From Candidatus Eiseniibacteriota bacterium (GTDB lineage: Bacteria; Eisenbacteria; RBG-16-71-46; CAVPCR01): a DNA stretch of 64,000 bases. The translations under genes were made by a program, and so were the position numbers. The DNA lies in assembly GCA_963823555.1 (NCBI GenBank), contig CAWGMA010000001.1, forward strand, positions 992,001-1,056,000, given 5' to 3'. Shown here in pieces: positions 52,126 to 60,719 of this stretch. The notes under the pieces were generated by a model. That model saw only the letters and a list, made by a program, of their open reading frames with translations. It searched no databases and was not told the DNA's origin. Each line of letters begins with the position of its first letter. Within the stretch, counting starts at the first letter, position 1.

Positions 52126-52342
52126 TGCGTTGACCTCCCCGGCGCGCACACCTTCGATGATTGGCGAGCAGGGCGCCTGCCTGGCCGCCCGACGCTGGGG
52201 CCGCTACGCTCGTACGAGCTGGAGGGTGGCCAGGCGCCTTAGTCCCTAGCTCGTGATCGAGCTGGGGCAAGCGCTACTGTGCGTCCTCCTCGACTCTCGG
52301 CGCAAGCGGATTTCCTGGGATAAGATCGGTGGAAGGCTGAAG

Positions 52343-52371
52343 TTGCGACCCAGGAGCAGCGAATCTACAAT
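52343..52371 (+). promoter_or_regulatory. Candidate sigma70 promoter of paralog C
   Basis: TTGCGA-N17-TACAAT. Confidence 0.55.
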
Positions 52372-52390
52372 GCGCGTATTAGATCTTGCT
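52359..52390 (+). promoter_or_regulatory. Palindromic operator-like site, copy 1 (AATCTA-N12-TAGATC)
   Basis: GCGAATCTACAATGCGCGTATTAGATCTTGCT; 25/32 identical to the reverse complement of 55686-55717. Confidence 0.6.
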
Positions 52391-52609
52391 CTTGCCTCCA
52401 TGCAACCAGGTTGTGTCCGGGTGCTCGATCGACGACACGCATCGGGGTCACGATCGAGCCGCACCAAAGAAGTCGTCACAGCAGGGAGTCAGTCTCGGAT
52501 AGGCTATACATCGAAACGCAGACGGTCAGCATGAGGGGTGCTTTGCGCTCTGGACCGCGGGCCGGCTCCGTTCTGCTCAGTGCTGGTTGGCGACTGTTTG
52601 GAGGCGTCC

Positions 52610-53791
52610 ATGTTCAAGCTGGCACTCCTTCTCGCTGTGCTTGCGGCATGCTCGGTATCACTGAGTCACGCAGACACGTGGGTCGTTCCGGATGATGCCC
52701 TGACCGTTCAGCTGGCCATCGATGGCGCGACCTCCGGCGACACGGTGCTCGTCCGTCCTGGCACGTATGTCGAGAACCTGCTTCTTCTCGGCAAGTCGCT
52801 GCGCATCGCCTCGCTCTCCGGTCCTGAGGCGACCATCATCGACGGCAGCGCGCCGACGCGGCCCGATACGATGAGCGTCCTCTGCGCCATCGGCCCGCTC
52901 GAGCTCGCCCTTGACGGGTTCACGCTCAGGAATGCCCTGGGGGGGACGACCATCGGGCAGGGCGCTCCAGGCAACTCGGGGGCCGGGCTCGCTCTCTATA
53001 GCGTCGATGGCTCGATCACGAACTGCGTCATCGAGAATAACTACTGTGGGGGGTCCGGCGGTGGGATTCACCTCTTCGCCAGCTCGCCCCGGATTGCCGA
53101 CTGCGTCATTCGACAGAATCAGTGCCTGGGAAACGGGGGTGGTGTCGACGTCTTCGTCTGCTCGCCGACCATTGAGCGCTGCTCGATCACGGACAACGGC
53201 ACGGACTCGACCTGGCTCGGGGGGGGGATCGGGATCTACTTCGGATCGCCGGTGGTCCGAGATTGTGAAGTCCGTCGGAATCAGGGACGTGTTGGTTGTG
53301 GTATCGGGACCCAGGCTACATCGAGCCCTCAGTTGATCGGGCTGCTGATTGCTGAGAACAATCCGCTCGCCGATCTCAATACCGGTAGTGCATTGAGCGT
53401 CGAGGAGGGCAGCGCGCGAATCGAGAACTGCACCATCGTCGGCAATCGCGCCGCAGTCGATGTGTATCTTTCCGGTAATTCCGTGATGAGCCGGTCGATT
53501 GTGGCGTTCAACCTGTGGGGCGAGGCCGTTCGCTGCCGGGGCGACGCCCGGATCGAGTGCTGCGATCTGTTCGGCAACGAGGGGGGCGACGAGCTCTGCG
53601 GCATCGACTCGGGCGGCAACTTCTCTCTTGATCCCCTCTTCTGCACCGACTACTTGCTCGCCGAATCCTCGCCCTGTGCGTCCGCCAACGCCCCCGCGGG
53701 ATGCGGCTTGATCGGGGCGCTCGAAGTCGGGTGCACAGGCGCGGTCGAAGCGAGTTCCTGGGGCGGGATCAAGATGCGGTACCGGCGCTGA
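52610..53791 (+). CDS. Secreted beta-helix protein, paralog C (subtype 1)
   Basis: RBS GGAGG; signal peptide; WVVPDDALTVQLAID; tail SSWGGIKMRYRR. Confidence 0.88.
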   Translation: MFKLALLLAVLAACSVSLSHADTWVVPDDALTVQLAIDGATSGDTVLVRPGTYVENLLLLGKSLRIASLSGPEATIIDGSAPTRPDTMSVLCAIGPLELALDGFTLRNALGGTTIGQGAPGNSGAGLALYSVDGSITNCVIENNYCGGSGGGIHLFASSPRIADCVIRQNQCLGNGGGVDVFVCSPTIERCSITDNGTDSTWLGGGIGIYFGSPVVRDCEVRRNQGRVGCGIGTQATSSPQLIGLLIAENNPLADLNTGSALSVEEGSARIENCTIVGNRAAVDVYLSGNSVMSRSIVAFNLWGEAVRCRGDARIECCDLFGNEGGDELCGIDSGGNFSLDPLFCTDYLLAESSPCASANAPAGCGLIGALEVGCTGAVEASSWGGIKMRYRR

Positions 53792-53911
53792 GTCTCGACG
53801 ACTCTGCGCGCTCCTGTCACGCGCAGGAGGAGCCAGGATCAGGAGGCGATCTTCCTCATCGCGAAGAAGATCGCCTCCCGAACTCACCGCTTGACGAGCG
53901 GTCGTTCCATG

Positions 53912-55153
53912 CTATCGCTCGCGTACCAGCCTGCCTCCGACGTTCTGAGCGTCGTCGGTCATCCGGTAGAAGTAGACGCCTGCTGGCACCCGGCGTCCCG
54001 CCGCATCGCGTCCGTTCCAAACCACAACCGAGCTTCCCTTGCTGCCTAGTTCAGCCACCTGGCGCCCCGTCACGTCGAAGATGGTGATGGGAAGAGCCAG
54101 CGTGCCGTCGAAGACGAAGGTAGCCGCGGTCGAGAACGGATTCGGCCCGACGCGGAGGCGACCCGGAACCGGTACGTCGAGCGGCTCGGCGATCGCGGCG
54201 CCACCGGCACCATAGCGCCAGACCCGACCGATACCGGCCGCGCTCCGGCCCACCGACCATCCGCACTCGGCGGCGGCGAAGTCGATATCCGAGGCCAGGT
54301 AGTCGGCCGGGAACGAGTAGGGAGTCCAGTCGATGCCGCTGTTGGTCGAGTGGAAGTGCCCGTTCTGCTGTGTCAGACCCCACACCGCCGGGGAGTCCTC
54401 GACCCAGGAGAAGGCCATGAGTCGCGCCGACGTGGGACTCGTCACCAGGTTCCAGGTGGCACCCGAATCGGTCGAGCGGTCGAGGGCGTCGAGGTCGCCG
54501 CCGATGAGAGCGACCCCGCTCTCATCGAGCGCGAGGCCGGCGACCTGCCGCACATCGGTCGTGATCGGGTTCCAGCTCGCGCCGCCATCGGTGGTCCGCC
54601 ACACGACCCACTGGCTCGTGCCAAAGGCGCCGATGGTCGAGCCGATCCAGGAGCAGGAGCCGGAAAGGCCGAACCCCGGGCCTGCGGCCGGCGCGGTGGG
54701 CGAGGGCAACCATGAGGCCCCGCCGTCCGCCGTCTCGAGGATCACCCAGCTTCCGCCCACGGGATCCCCCACAGCCCAGCCATGGAGGTCATCGAAGAAG
54801 CAAAGGCCGTTGATGAACGACCCCGTCGCCGTGGCGACGAGATCCCAGTTTGCTCCGCCGTCAGTCGTACGGAAGAGACGTCCCGTCTCGTCACCGACAA
54901 CGCAGGTCATTGCATCGCGAGCGCTCAGCGCCCAGATGTCGCCGCTCGGAGCAGGCACCGGTTCCCAGTTCGCCCCACCGTCCACGGTGCGAATGACCAT
55001 CCCGCCGTCGCCGGCGGCCCAGGCGATCTCCGTGGTGACCGCGTCGACCGCATACAAGGCCTGGGACGCGTTGGCGACCTGCTCGACCCAGACGCCGCCC
55101 CAGGCCAGCCCAGGCGCCAGCATGCAGAAGAGAAAGAGTGAAAGGACTCTCAT
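53912..55153 (-). CDS. YCF48/BNR-repeat beta-propeller protein with FlgD-Ig CTD
   Basis: Repeated RTxDGGxxW Asp-boxes; GPNPF...WNGRDAAGRRVPAGVYFY. Confidence 0.88.
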   Translation of the reverse strand: MRVLSLFLFCMLAPGLAWGGVWVEQVANASQALYAVDAVTTEIAWAAGDGGMVIRTVDGGANWEPVPAPSGDIWALSARDAMTCVVGDETGRLFRTTDGGANWDLVATATGSFINGLCFFDDLHGWAVGDPVGGSWVILETADGGASWLPSPTAPAAGPGFGLSGSCSWIGSTIGAFGTSQWVVWRTTDGGASWNPITTDVRQVAGLALDESGVALIGGDLDALDRSTDSGATWNLVTSPTSARLMAFSWVEDSPAVWGLTQQNGHFHSTNSGIDWTPYSFPADYLASDIDFAAAECGWSVGRSAAGIGRVWRYGAGGAAIAEPLDVPVPGRLRVGPNPFSTAATFVFDGTLALPITIFDVTGRQVAELGSKGSSVVVWNGRDAAGRRVPAGVYFYRMTDDAQNVGGRLVRER

Positions 55154-55174
55154 TGCTTCATCACCTCCCTCGCC

Positions 55175-55552
55175 TTATGGTGGGCAAGCAGAAGGTTGCC
55201 ACATCGACTCACACGAATCAGAGAGGTCGGAACACGCCCCCGACTCCTCATCCCAGTAGCGTTCGACCAGGTACTTCTGATGACCGCTTGGGTCATACTC
55301 GCAATCGCAAATGCTGTTATCTGGACCTTCGTAGATTAGCGTCCACTCGTTGTCCCCGCAGTGCTTGCGGTAGAACTTGAAGCAGGCGAAGTCACCAGCA
55401 TGAACAGTAATCTGGATTCCCCAACCCGACACCTCACAGCGCGAGACGCAGGATGTGAACGTCGGATCACAGGGGGGGGATTGACCCCAAGCAAGTGCAG
55501 GGAGGACTACAAGTACTCCGATGAGGACGGCCGTGGCCATCGTCGGTCTCAT
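55175..55552 (-). CDS. Small Cys-rich secreted protein (125 aa, 10 Cys)
   Basis: RBS AAAGGAGG; signal peptide ending AWG. Confidence 0.7.
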   Translation of the reverse strand: MRPTMATAVLIGVLVVLPALAWGQSPPCDPTFTSCVSRCEVSGWGIQITVHAGDFACFKFYRKHCGDNEWTLIYEGPDNSICDCEYDPSGHQKYLVERYWDEESGACSDLSDSCESMWQPSACPP

Positions 55553-55685
55553 TGGGCCTCCTTTGGGTCCTGAGGACCCGGCAAAAGCCCGGGACGCGCA
55601 CCCCTGAGTTTGCCGCTGTCCATTCTCCACGTCAAGGGGTGACTTTCCGGGTCAAGGCCCGTGAGTGGCCATTCCGGGGGGACTT

Positions 55686-55717
55686 AGCAAAATCTAAAAG
55701 AACAATTGTAGATTCGC
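55686..55717 (-). promoter_or_regulatory. Palindromic operator-like site, copy 2 (AATCTA-N12-TAGATT)
   Basis: Lies between two divergent Cys-rich genes; carries TACAAT on the minus strand. Confidence 0.6.
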
Positions 55718-55812
55718 GTTCTGGACGCGTATGGGGGTTCGAGGATATGATCCTGTCTTGCGTGAATGTTGTCCCGGCGCTGGGTGTGACGTGTGGCTTC
55801 TGGAGGGCAACA

Positions 55813-56259
55813 ATGAAAGTCATTGCCGTTGCGGTGGCTATAGCGATCGTCGGTGGATTTCCCGCGTGGCTGCAGTCGGGTCCACTGTGGTCTTGTTACA
55901 TTTCGGTGTGTATCTATGAGGATAGCGATCCTCCCTGCTCAAGCTGTCCAGATACATTGGTTTGCCAGCCTGTCTACGTGAGTCGGAAGATCTGCTGGCA
56001 GTGGCATGGCGATCCCTGTGGGGAGGACGCCGTATGTGGGGTGGACACGTTTAGAGTGTACAGAGACGAAACTCTTATCGCGACCGTGGAGTGTCCGCCA
56101 TCTTGCTACTGCCACTCGACCCCACCGCATACTGTGAGTGGGTGCTTTCGAATTGGCGATTCCGGCTACAATAGCCAGGAGTGCTACACCTACACGGTCA
56201 AGTCATACCTGAATGGTGATCAGAATGGAGAGATGAGTGTCCTGGCTGGCGATTGTTAG
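55813..56259 (+). CDS. Small Cys-rich secreted protein (148 aa, 14 Cys)
   Basis: RBS GGAGG; MKVIAVAVAIAIVGG signal-like N-terminus. Confidence 0.7.
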   Translation: MKVIAVAVAIAIVGGFPAWLQSGPLWSCYISVCIYEDSDPPCSSCPDTLVCQPVYVSRKICWQWHGDPCGEDAVCGVDTFRVYRDETLIATVECPPSCYCHSTPPHTVSGCFRIGDSGYNSQECYTYTVKSYLNGDQNGEMSVLAGDC

Positions 56260-56314
56260 GGCCCGAGCACGTCTTTCGCTTGTGCTGCGGAATCGCCTCG
56301 ATGAGGTGCAGTCC

Positions 56315-57505
56315 ATGATGTATCTCTTGATCTTCGCGTTTCTTCTATGCAGTGGGATGCCAGCTGCCGTGACCGCCGAGACCTGGGTCGTGCCCGATCA
56401 GTTCTTGACCATCCAGGGGGCGATCGACGCATCATCGAACGCCGACTCGATCGTGGTCCGTCCCGGCACATACATCGAGAATCTTCTGATTGCAGGCAAG
56501 TCCATCACGCTCGCCTCGCTCCATGGTCCTGATGTCACCGTGATCGATGGTAGCGCGCCGACCCGACCCGACACGCTGAGCGTGGTCACAGCGATCGAGG
56601 TCGAGGATCTGGTCATCGACGGATTCACGATCCGCCATGGCCTGGGTGGCATCGACTTCGGCGAGCTGACCGGGGGCGACTCCGGAGGGGGCTTCGCCCT
56701 CGGGGCCGTGCGCGGCGTGATCCGCCACTGCGTGATCGAGGACAACTACTGCGGCGGACAGGGTGGGGGCTTGCACCTTGTGGCCAGCGATCCTCGGATC
56801 GAAGACTGTGTCATCCGTGACAACGAGTGCTTCGGTAATGGGGGTGGGGTCAACATCTTCCTGGGGTCTCCCGTGATCGAGCGTTGCGCCATCGAGAACA
56901 ACACCGCTGGCTACGCCGGGGGAGGCGTCTTCATGCGTTTCAGCATGCCGCAGATCACCGATGCCCGTGTGGCCGGCAACCACGCTCGTTATGGAGGTGG
57001 CCTGTATTCCGAACAGTCATCCAGCCCCGCGGTGACGAGATCGGTGTTCTCCGGCAACTCCACCGACAGTGGGGAGGGGGCCGGCGGTGGGATTGCATGC
57101 CGGGATGGCAGCCCGCGGGTCGAGCATTGCACGGTTGTCGGGAACCTTAGCCCCTTGGGGGGCTCGGGCGTCTGGTTCAGCAACGTGTTGAGCGCAGTCC
57201 TTGCGCACTCGATCGTAGCCTTCAACGACGGGGGGCCGGGCTTGGTCTGCGGGGGGTCTTTGACGGTTGAATGCAGCGACATCTTCGGGAACGGCGGCGG
57301 CGATGAGCTCTGCGGCACCGATCTGGGAGGGAATTTCGCACTCGATCCGCTCTTCTGCAGCGACTACTCGCTCGCCGAGTCCTCGCCCTGTGCGTCCGCC
57401 AATGCGCCGGCGGGCTGCGGCCTGATCGGGGCGCTCGACGTGGGCTGCACCGGCGCGGTCGAAGCGAGCTCCTGGGGTCGGATCAAGGCGAGATACAGCA
57501 ATTGA
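56315..57505 (+). CDS. Secreted beta-helix protein, paralog D (subtype 1)
   Basis: RBS GAGGT; WVVPDQFLTIQGAID; tail SSWGRIKARYSN. Confidence 0.88.
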   Translation: MMYLLIFAFLLCSGMPAAVTAETWVVPDQFLTIQGAIDASSNADSIVVRPGTYIENLLIAGKSITLASLHGPDVTVIDGSAPTRPDTLSVVTAIEVEDLVIDGFTIRHGLGGIDFGELTGGDSGGGFALGAVRGVIRHCVIEDNYCGGQGGGLHLVASDPRIEDCVIRDNECFGNGGGVNIFLGSPVIERCAIENNTAGYAGGGVFMRFSMPQITDARVAGNHARYGGGLYSEQSSSPAVTRSVFSGNSTDSGEGAGGGIACRDGSPRVEHCTVVGNLSPLGGSGVWFSNVLSAVLAHSIVAFNDGGPGLVCGGSLTVECSDIFGNGGGDELCGTDLGGNFALDPLFCSDYSLAESSPCASANAPAGCGLIGALDVGCTGAVEASSWGRIKARYSN

Positions 57506-57630
57506 TTGAAAGCCAAGGTGTTAGCTGTCACCTGCAGAGTCGAGAAGAAGGGGGAGACTAAAATCCGTTAATACCCCTTTGTGGCTGTCCCGGGGGTTCG
57601 AGCGGCCTGTCGCTCCGGGGGATAGGAGAG

Positions 57631-58669
57631 GGGGCGATCGACGGATCGGTCAATGCGGACACGATCCTGGTCCGGCCGGGGACGTACGTCGAGAATCTGG
57701 TGGTGATCGACAGGTCCCTGACCATTTGGGCGCTGAGCGGCCCCGAGGGGACCGTGATCGATGGCCGGGCCCCGACTCGTCCCGACACTCTGAGCGCCAT
57801 ATGCGTTCTCTACTCTGATCCCAAGGAGCTTGTGGTCGACGGGTTCACGATCCGCAACGGCAGCGGGTCGACCTTCGCCGGCCTGACAGCAAGCTCGGGC
57901 GGCGGCCTGTTCCTGGCACAGGCGAATGGCAACATCAAGAACTGCGTGATCGAAGACAATGAGGTCGAAGGAGACGGCGGCGGGATCTACATGGTCTCCT
58001 CTTCGCTCACCATCACCGACTCGGTCATTCGCGGCAATCGAGCCAACGCCGGTGGAGCGCTTGCCGGGTTCTTGAGTGCCCTGGTGCTCGAGCGGTCCAC
58101 TGTGGAGCAGAATGTTGCCGCGGTGCGAGGCATTTTGATAGTTGGGTCCGCGGAAGTCACGGATTGCGTCATGCGCGGCAACCGGCAGTCCGGGCCCGGG
58201 CACATGATCTTTGTCTCCTTCATGGTGATGAGGCGAACGCTGGTCGTAGGGAATGGTGGCACGGAGCATGGCATTACCTTTCTTGGCGCCGCAAGCGGTG
58301 TGATCGATCAGAGCACCGTGGTGGGAAACGACTGCACGGCCATTGACGTTGGGCCGATGTTTCAGGCGATTTCTCACGTGGTCGTGGCCAACAACACCGG
58401 TCGCGGCTTGCAGTGCTCGGTCGGGACGGAGCTCGAGTGCAACGACATCTTTGAAAACGCGCTCGGCGACGAGCTGTGTGGAACCGACCTTGGAGGCAAC
58501 ATCCACCTCGATCCCCAGCTCTGCGCGGACTATTCGCCCTCGACATCGTCTCCATGCGCGCCCGCGAAACTCACCCGGGGGATGCTGGTTGATTGGCGCG
58601 CTGGACGTGGGATGCACCGGAGCGGTCGAGGATGTAAGCTGGGGGAGCGTCAAGGCGCTTTATCGCTAG
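57631..58669 (+). pseudogene. Beta-helix paralog E (subtype 2), 5'-truncated and frameshifted near 58568
   Basis: Homology starts abruptly at GAIDGSVNADTILVRPGTY. There is an in-frame TAA at 57559 and no signal peptide. The tail VSWGSVKALYR is in the +1 frame after an AAA run. Confidence 0.75.
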
Positions 58670-58685
58670 CCATGACTGATCGGGG

Positions 58686-60719
58686 ATGAACGGGGGGATT
58701 GCCGTGCGCGGGTACCGCGGTTTCATCGACGCCGTGGTTGCGGTCCTGGTCGCGCTGGCCTTGGCCCATGGTTGCGGCTCCGAGCCGACGAGCGTGCGGG
58801 TCCCGAACCAGCCGCCGCGGATCCGGCTCACGGCGGGGCCGGTGCGCGACTCCCTCCACAGCTATCGGGTCACCTTCGAGTGGACGGCCTTCGATCCCGA
58901 CGGCGTGATCGCCGGGTTCGAGTACGCGCTCGACGACACGAGCGTTGCCGACTCCCTTCACGCTACCGCTGAAACAGCCGTTACCCTCCGCCTGCCGATC
59001 GTCGAGGAGGGAAAGAGCGCCGTCGACACGCTCGCCGCCTACCACGTCTTCCACGTCCGGGCTGAAGATGGGGAGGGCCTCTGGTCCGCCTTCGCCCGCG
59101 CCCGCTTCAACGCCTACACCGTGGCACCGACGACGACCATCACGCTCCCCGATCCGCGCTTCTATCCCCGGGTCGGCACCACCTTCGACGTGCTCTGGAC
59201 GGGGGAGGATCTCGACGGCGGCGGGGCGCCGCTCCGCCACTCGTTCCGCCTCGTCTCGGTGCCGCCGGAGAGCGCGGAGGTGGTGGATGTCGGCCGGCTC
59301 GAACGCCCGGGCGGCGGGCCGCCGTGGTCCCCCTTCAGCGCGGAGACCAGGGCCCGCTTCGAGGCGCTGCCCGCGGGTGCGTATCTCTTCGGCGTGCGCG
59401 CCCGCGACGAGGCGGGGGCCACCGAGCCCGACCTCCTGATCGGGCGGAACGTGGTGCGGCTCCGGCTCGTCACCGAGCCCGGGCTTCCTGAGCTCACGCT
59501 CACCGCCGATGGCCGGACAGTTGTGCTGCCCACAGAAGAGGAGGATGAGAAGACCTTCTCCATGATCTCCGGGCAGTACAAGCTCTTCACGATCGAGGCC
59601 AGCGCGGCCGCCTACGCCGCGCAGATCGTCGAGCTCGCCTACGGCGTCGATCTCGAGAGCGTGGATCCCGGCGATCCCGGCTGGCGTCCGCTCGCGGGGA
59701 ACGAGCTCGCGCTCCGGCTCGAGAACCCGCCCGGGGTCGAGGACTCGCTGCGCGTCCTCTATCTCAAGGTGAGGGATTCGATCGGGCAGTATCTCATCGC
59801 CGATGCGTTCCTCGCCCTCGGGCCGCCCGACTTCTCGCGCGATGTCCTCTACGTCGACGACATCGGGAACGACCGGCAGGGGAGCGCCGCCGCGCCGGCC
59901 GATACCGATCACGATCGGTTCATGATGGAAGTGCTCCTCGCCGAGGCGCATCGCCGCGGGTACCGGCTCGACCAGTACGAGGTGCAGCGGGCGGATGGCG
60001 GGATCATCGTCGGCGCCCCGGACCTGGCCATGCTCCGCCGCTACCGGCTGCTGGTGTGGAGCGTGCGTGCGACCAACACCGGCCTCCAGGCGACCATGGC
60101 GCCCGGCGCTCCCGGCGGCCCGACATCGGAAGCCGTGGCCGAGTACATGGCACTCGGGGGGAACCTGTGGCTCGTCGGGAATCCGGCGCTCGCCAACCTC
60201 GCCCTGCCGCCGACACCGAACCCCTACGGCTATGCCGCAGGCGAGCTCGGCTACGACGTGCTGCATCTCGAGAGCGAGCGCGATGGCAGCCAGATCGTGG
60301 CCGGCGGCATCCTCCAGGCCGGGCGATCGCTCCTCAACCGCCGGATCGACGGCCTCGCCGCGGCGGTGCCGACGGCTTTGGCCCGGGCCGAGGGCTGGCC
60401 CGAGCTCATCGCCGCGCGGGAGCCGTACAACGGAACCATCGAGGGCATCCCCGGCTGCGAGGGGATGACGATCGGCTACAACCACGGCGCCCGCCCCGGC
60501 GTCTTCGATACGCTCTACACCTTCTATCCGAACGCGCAGCGCCTGGTGCCGCCGGTCTACTCGCGGTTCACCGACGCGCCGTGCGCCTTCCGTTACCAGG
60601 GTCCGCTCGGCGGCAAGGTGATCGCCATGGCCTTCCCCGTCGACTGGTGGGCGGACGGAGCGGCCGATAGCCTCGGCCAGAGCGCGCTCCGCTGGTTCTT
60701 CCCGGAGGAGCCACGGTGA
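58686..60719 (+). CDS. Putative lipoprotein with FN3/Ig-like domains and a C-terminal alpha/beta domain
   Basis: Lipobox LAHG-C; NQPP, FEWTAFDPDG and FGVRARDEAGATE segments. Confidence 0.75.
   Translation: MNGGIAVRGYRGFIDAVVAVLVALALAHGCGSEPTSVRVPNQPPRIRLTAGPVRDSLHSYRVTFEWTAFDPDGVIAGFEYALDDTSVADSLHATAETAVTLRLPIVEEGKSAVDTLAAYHVFHVRAEDGEGLWSAFARARFNAYTVAPTTTITLPDPRFYPRVGTTFDVLWTGEDLDGGGAPLRHSFRLVSVPPESAEVVDVGRLERPGGGPPWSPFSAETRARFEALPAGAYLFGVRARDEAGATEPDLLIGRNVVRLRLVTEPGLPELTLTADGRTVVLPTEEEDEKTFSMISGQYKLFTIEASAAAYAAQIVELAYGVDLESVDPGDPGWRPLAGNELALRLENPPGVEDSLRVLYLKVRDSIGQYLIADAFLALGPPDFSRDVLYVDDIGNDRQGSAAAPADTDHDRFMMEVLLAEAHRRGYRLDQYEVQRADGGIIVGAPDLAMLRRYRLLVWSVRATNTGLQATMAPGAPGGPTSEAVAEYMALGGNLWLVGNPALANLALPPTPNPYGYAAGELGYDVLHLESERDGSQIVAGGILQAGRSLLNRRIDGLAAAVPTALARAEGWPELIAAREPYNGTIEGIPGCEGMTIGYNHGARPGVFDTLYTFYPNAQRLVPPVYSRFTDAPCAFRYQGPLGGKVIAMAFPVDWWADGAADSLGQSALRWFFPEEPR

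Noticed and set aside
49775..58669. Integron cassette array or prophage
   Set aside because: Genes are in mixed orientation, and no attC-like repeats, integrase or phage genes were recognised.
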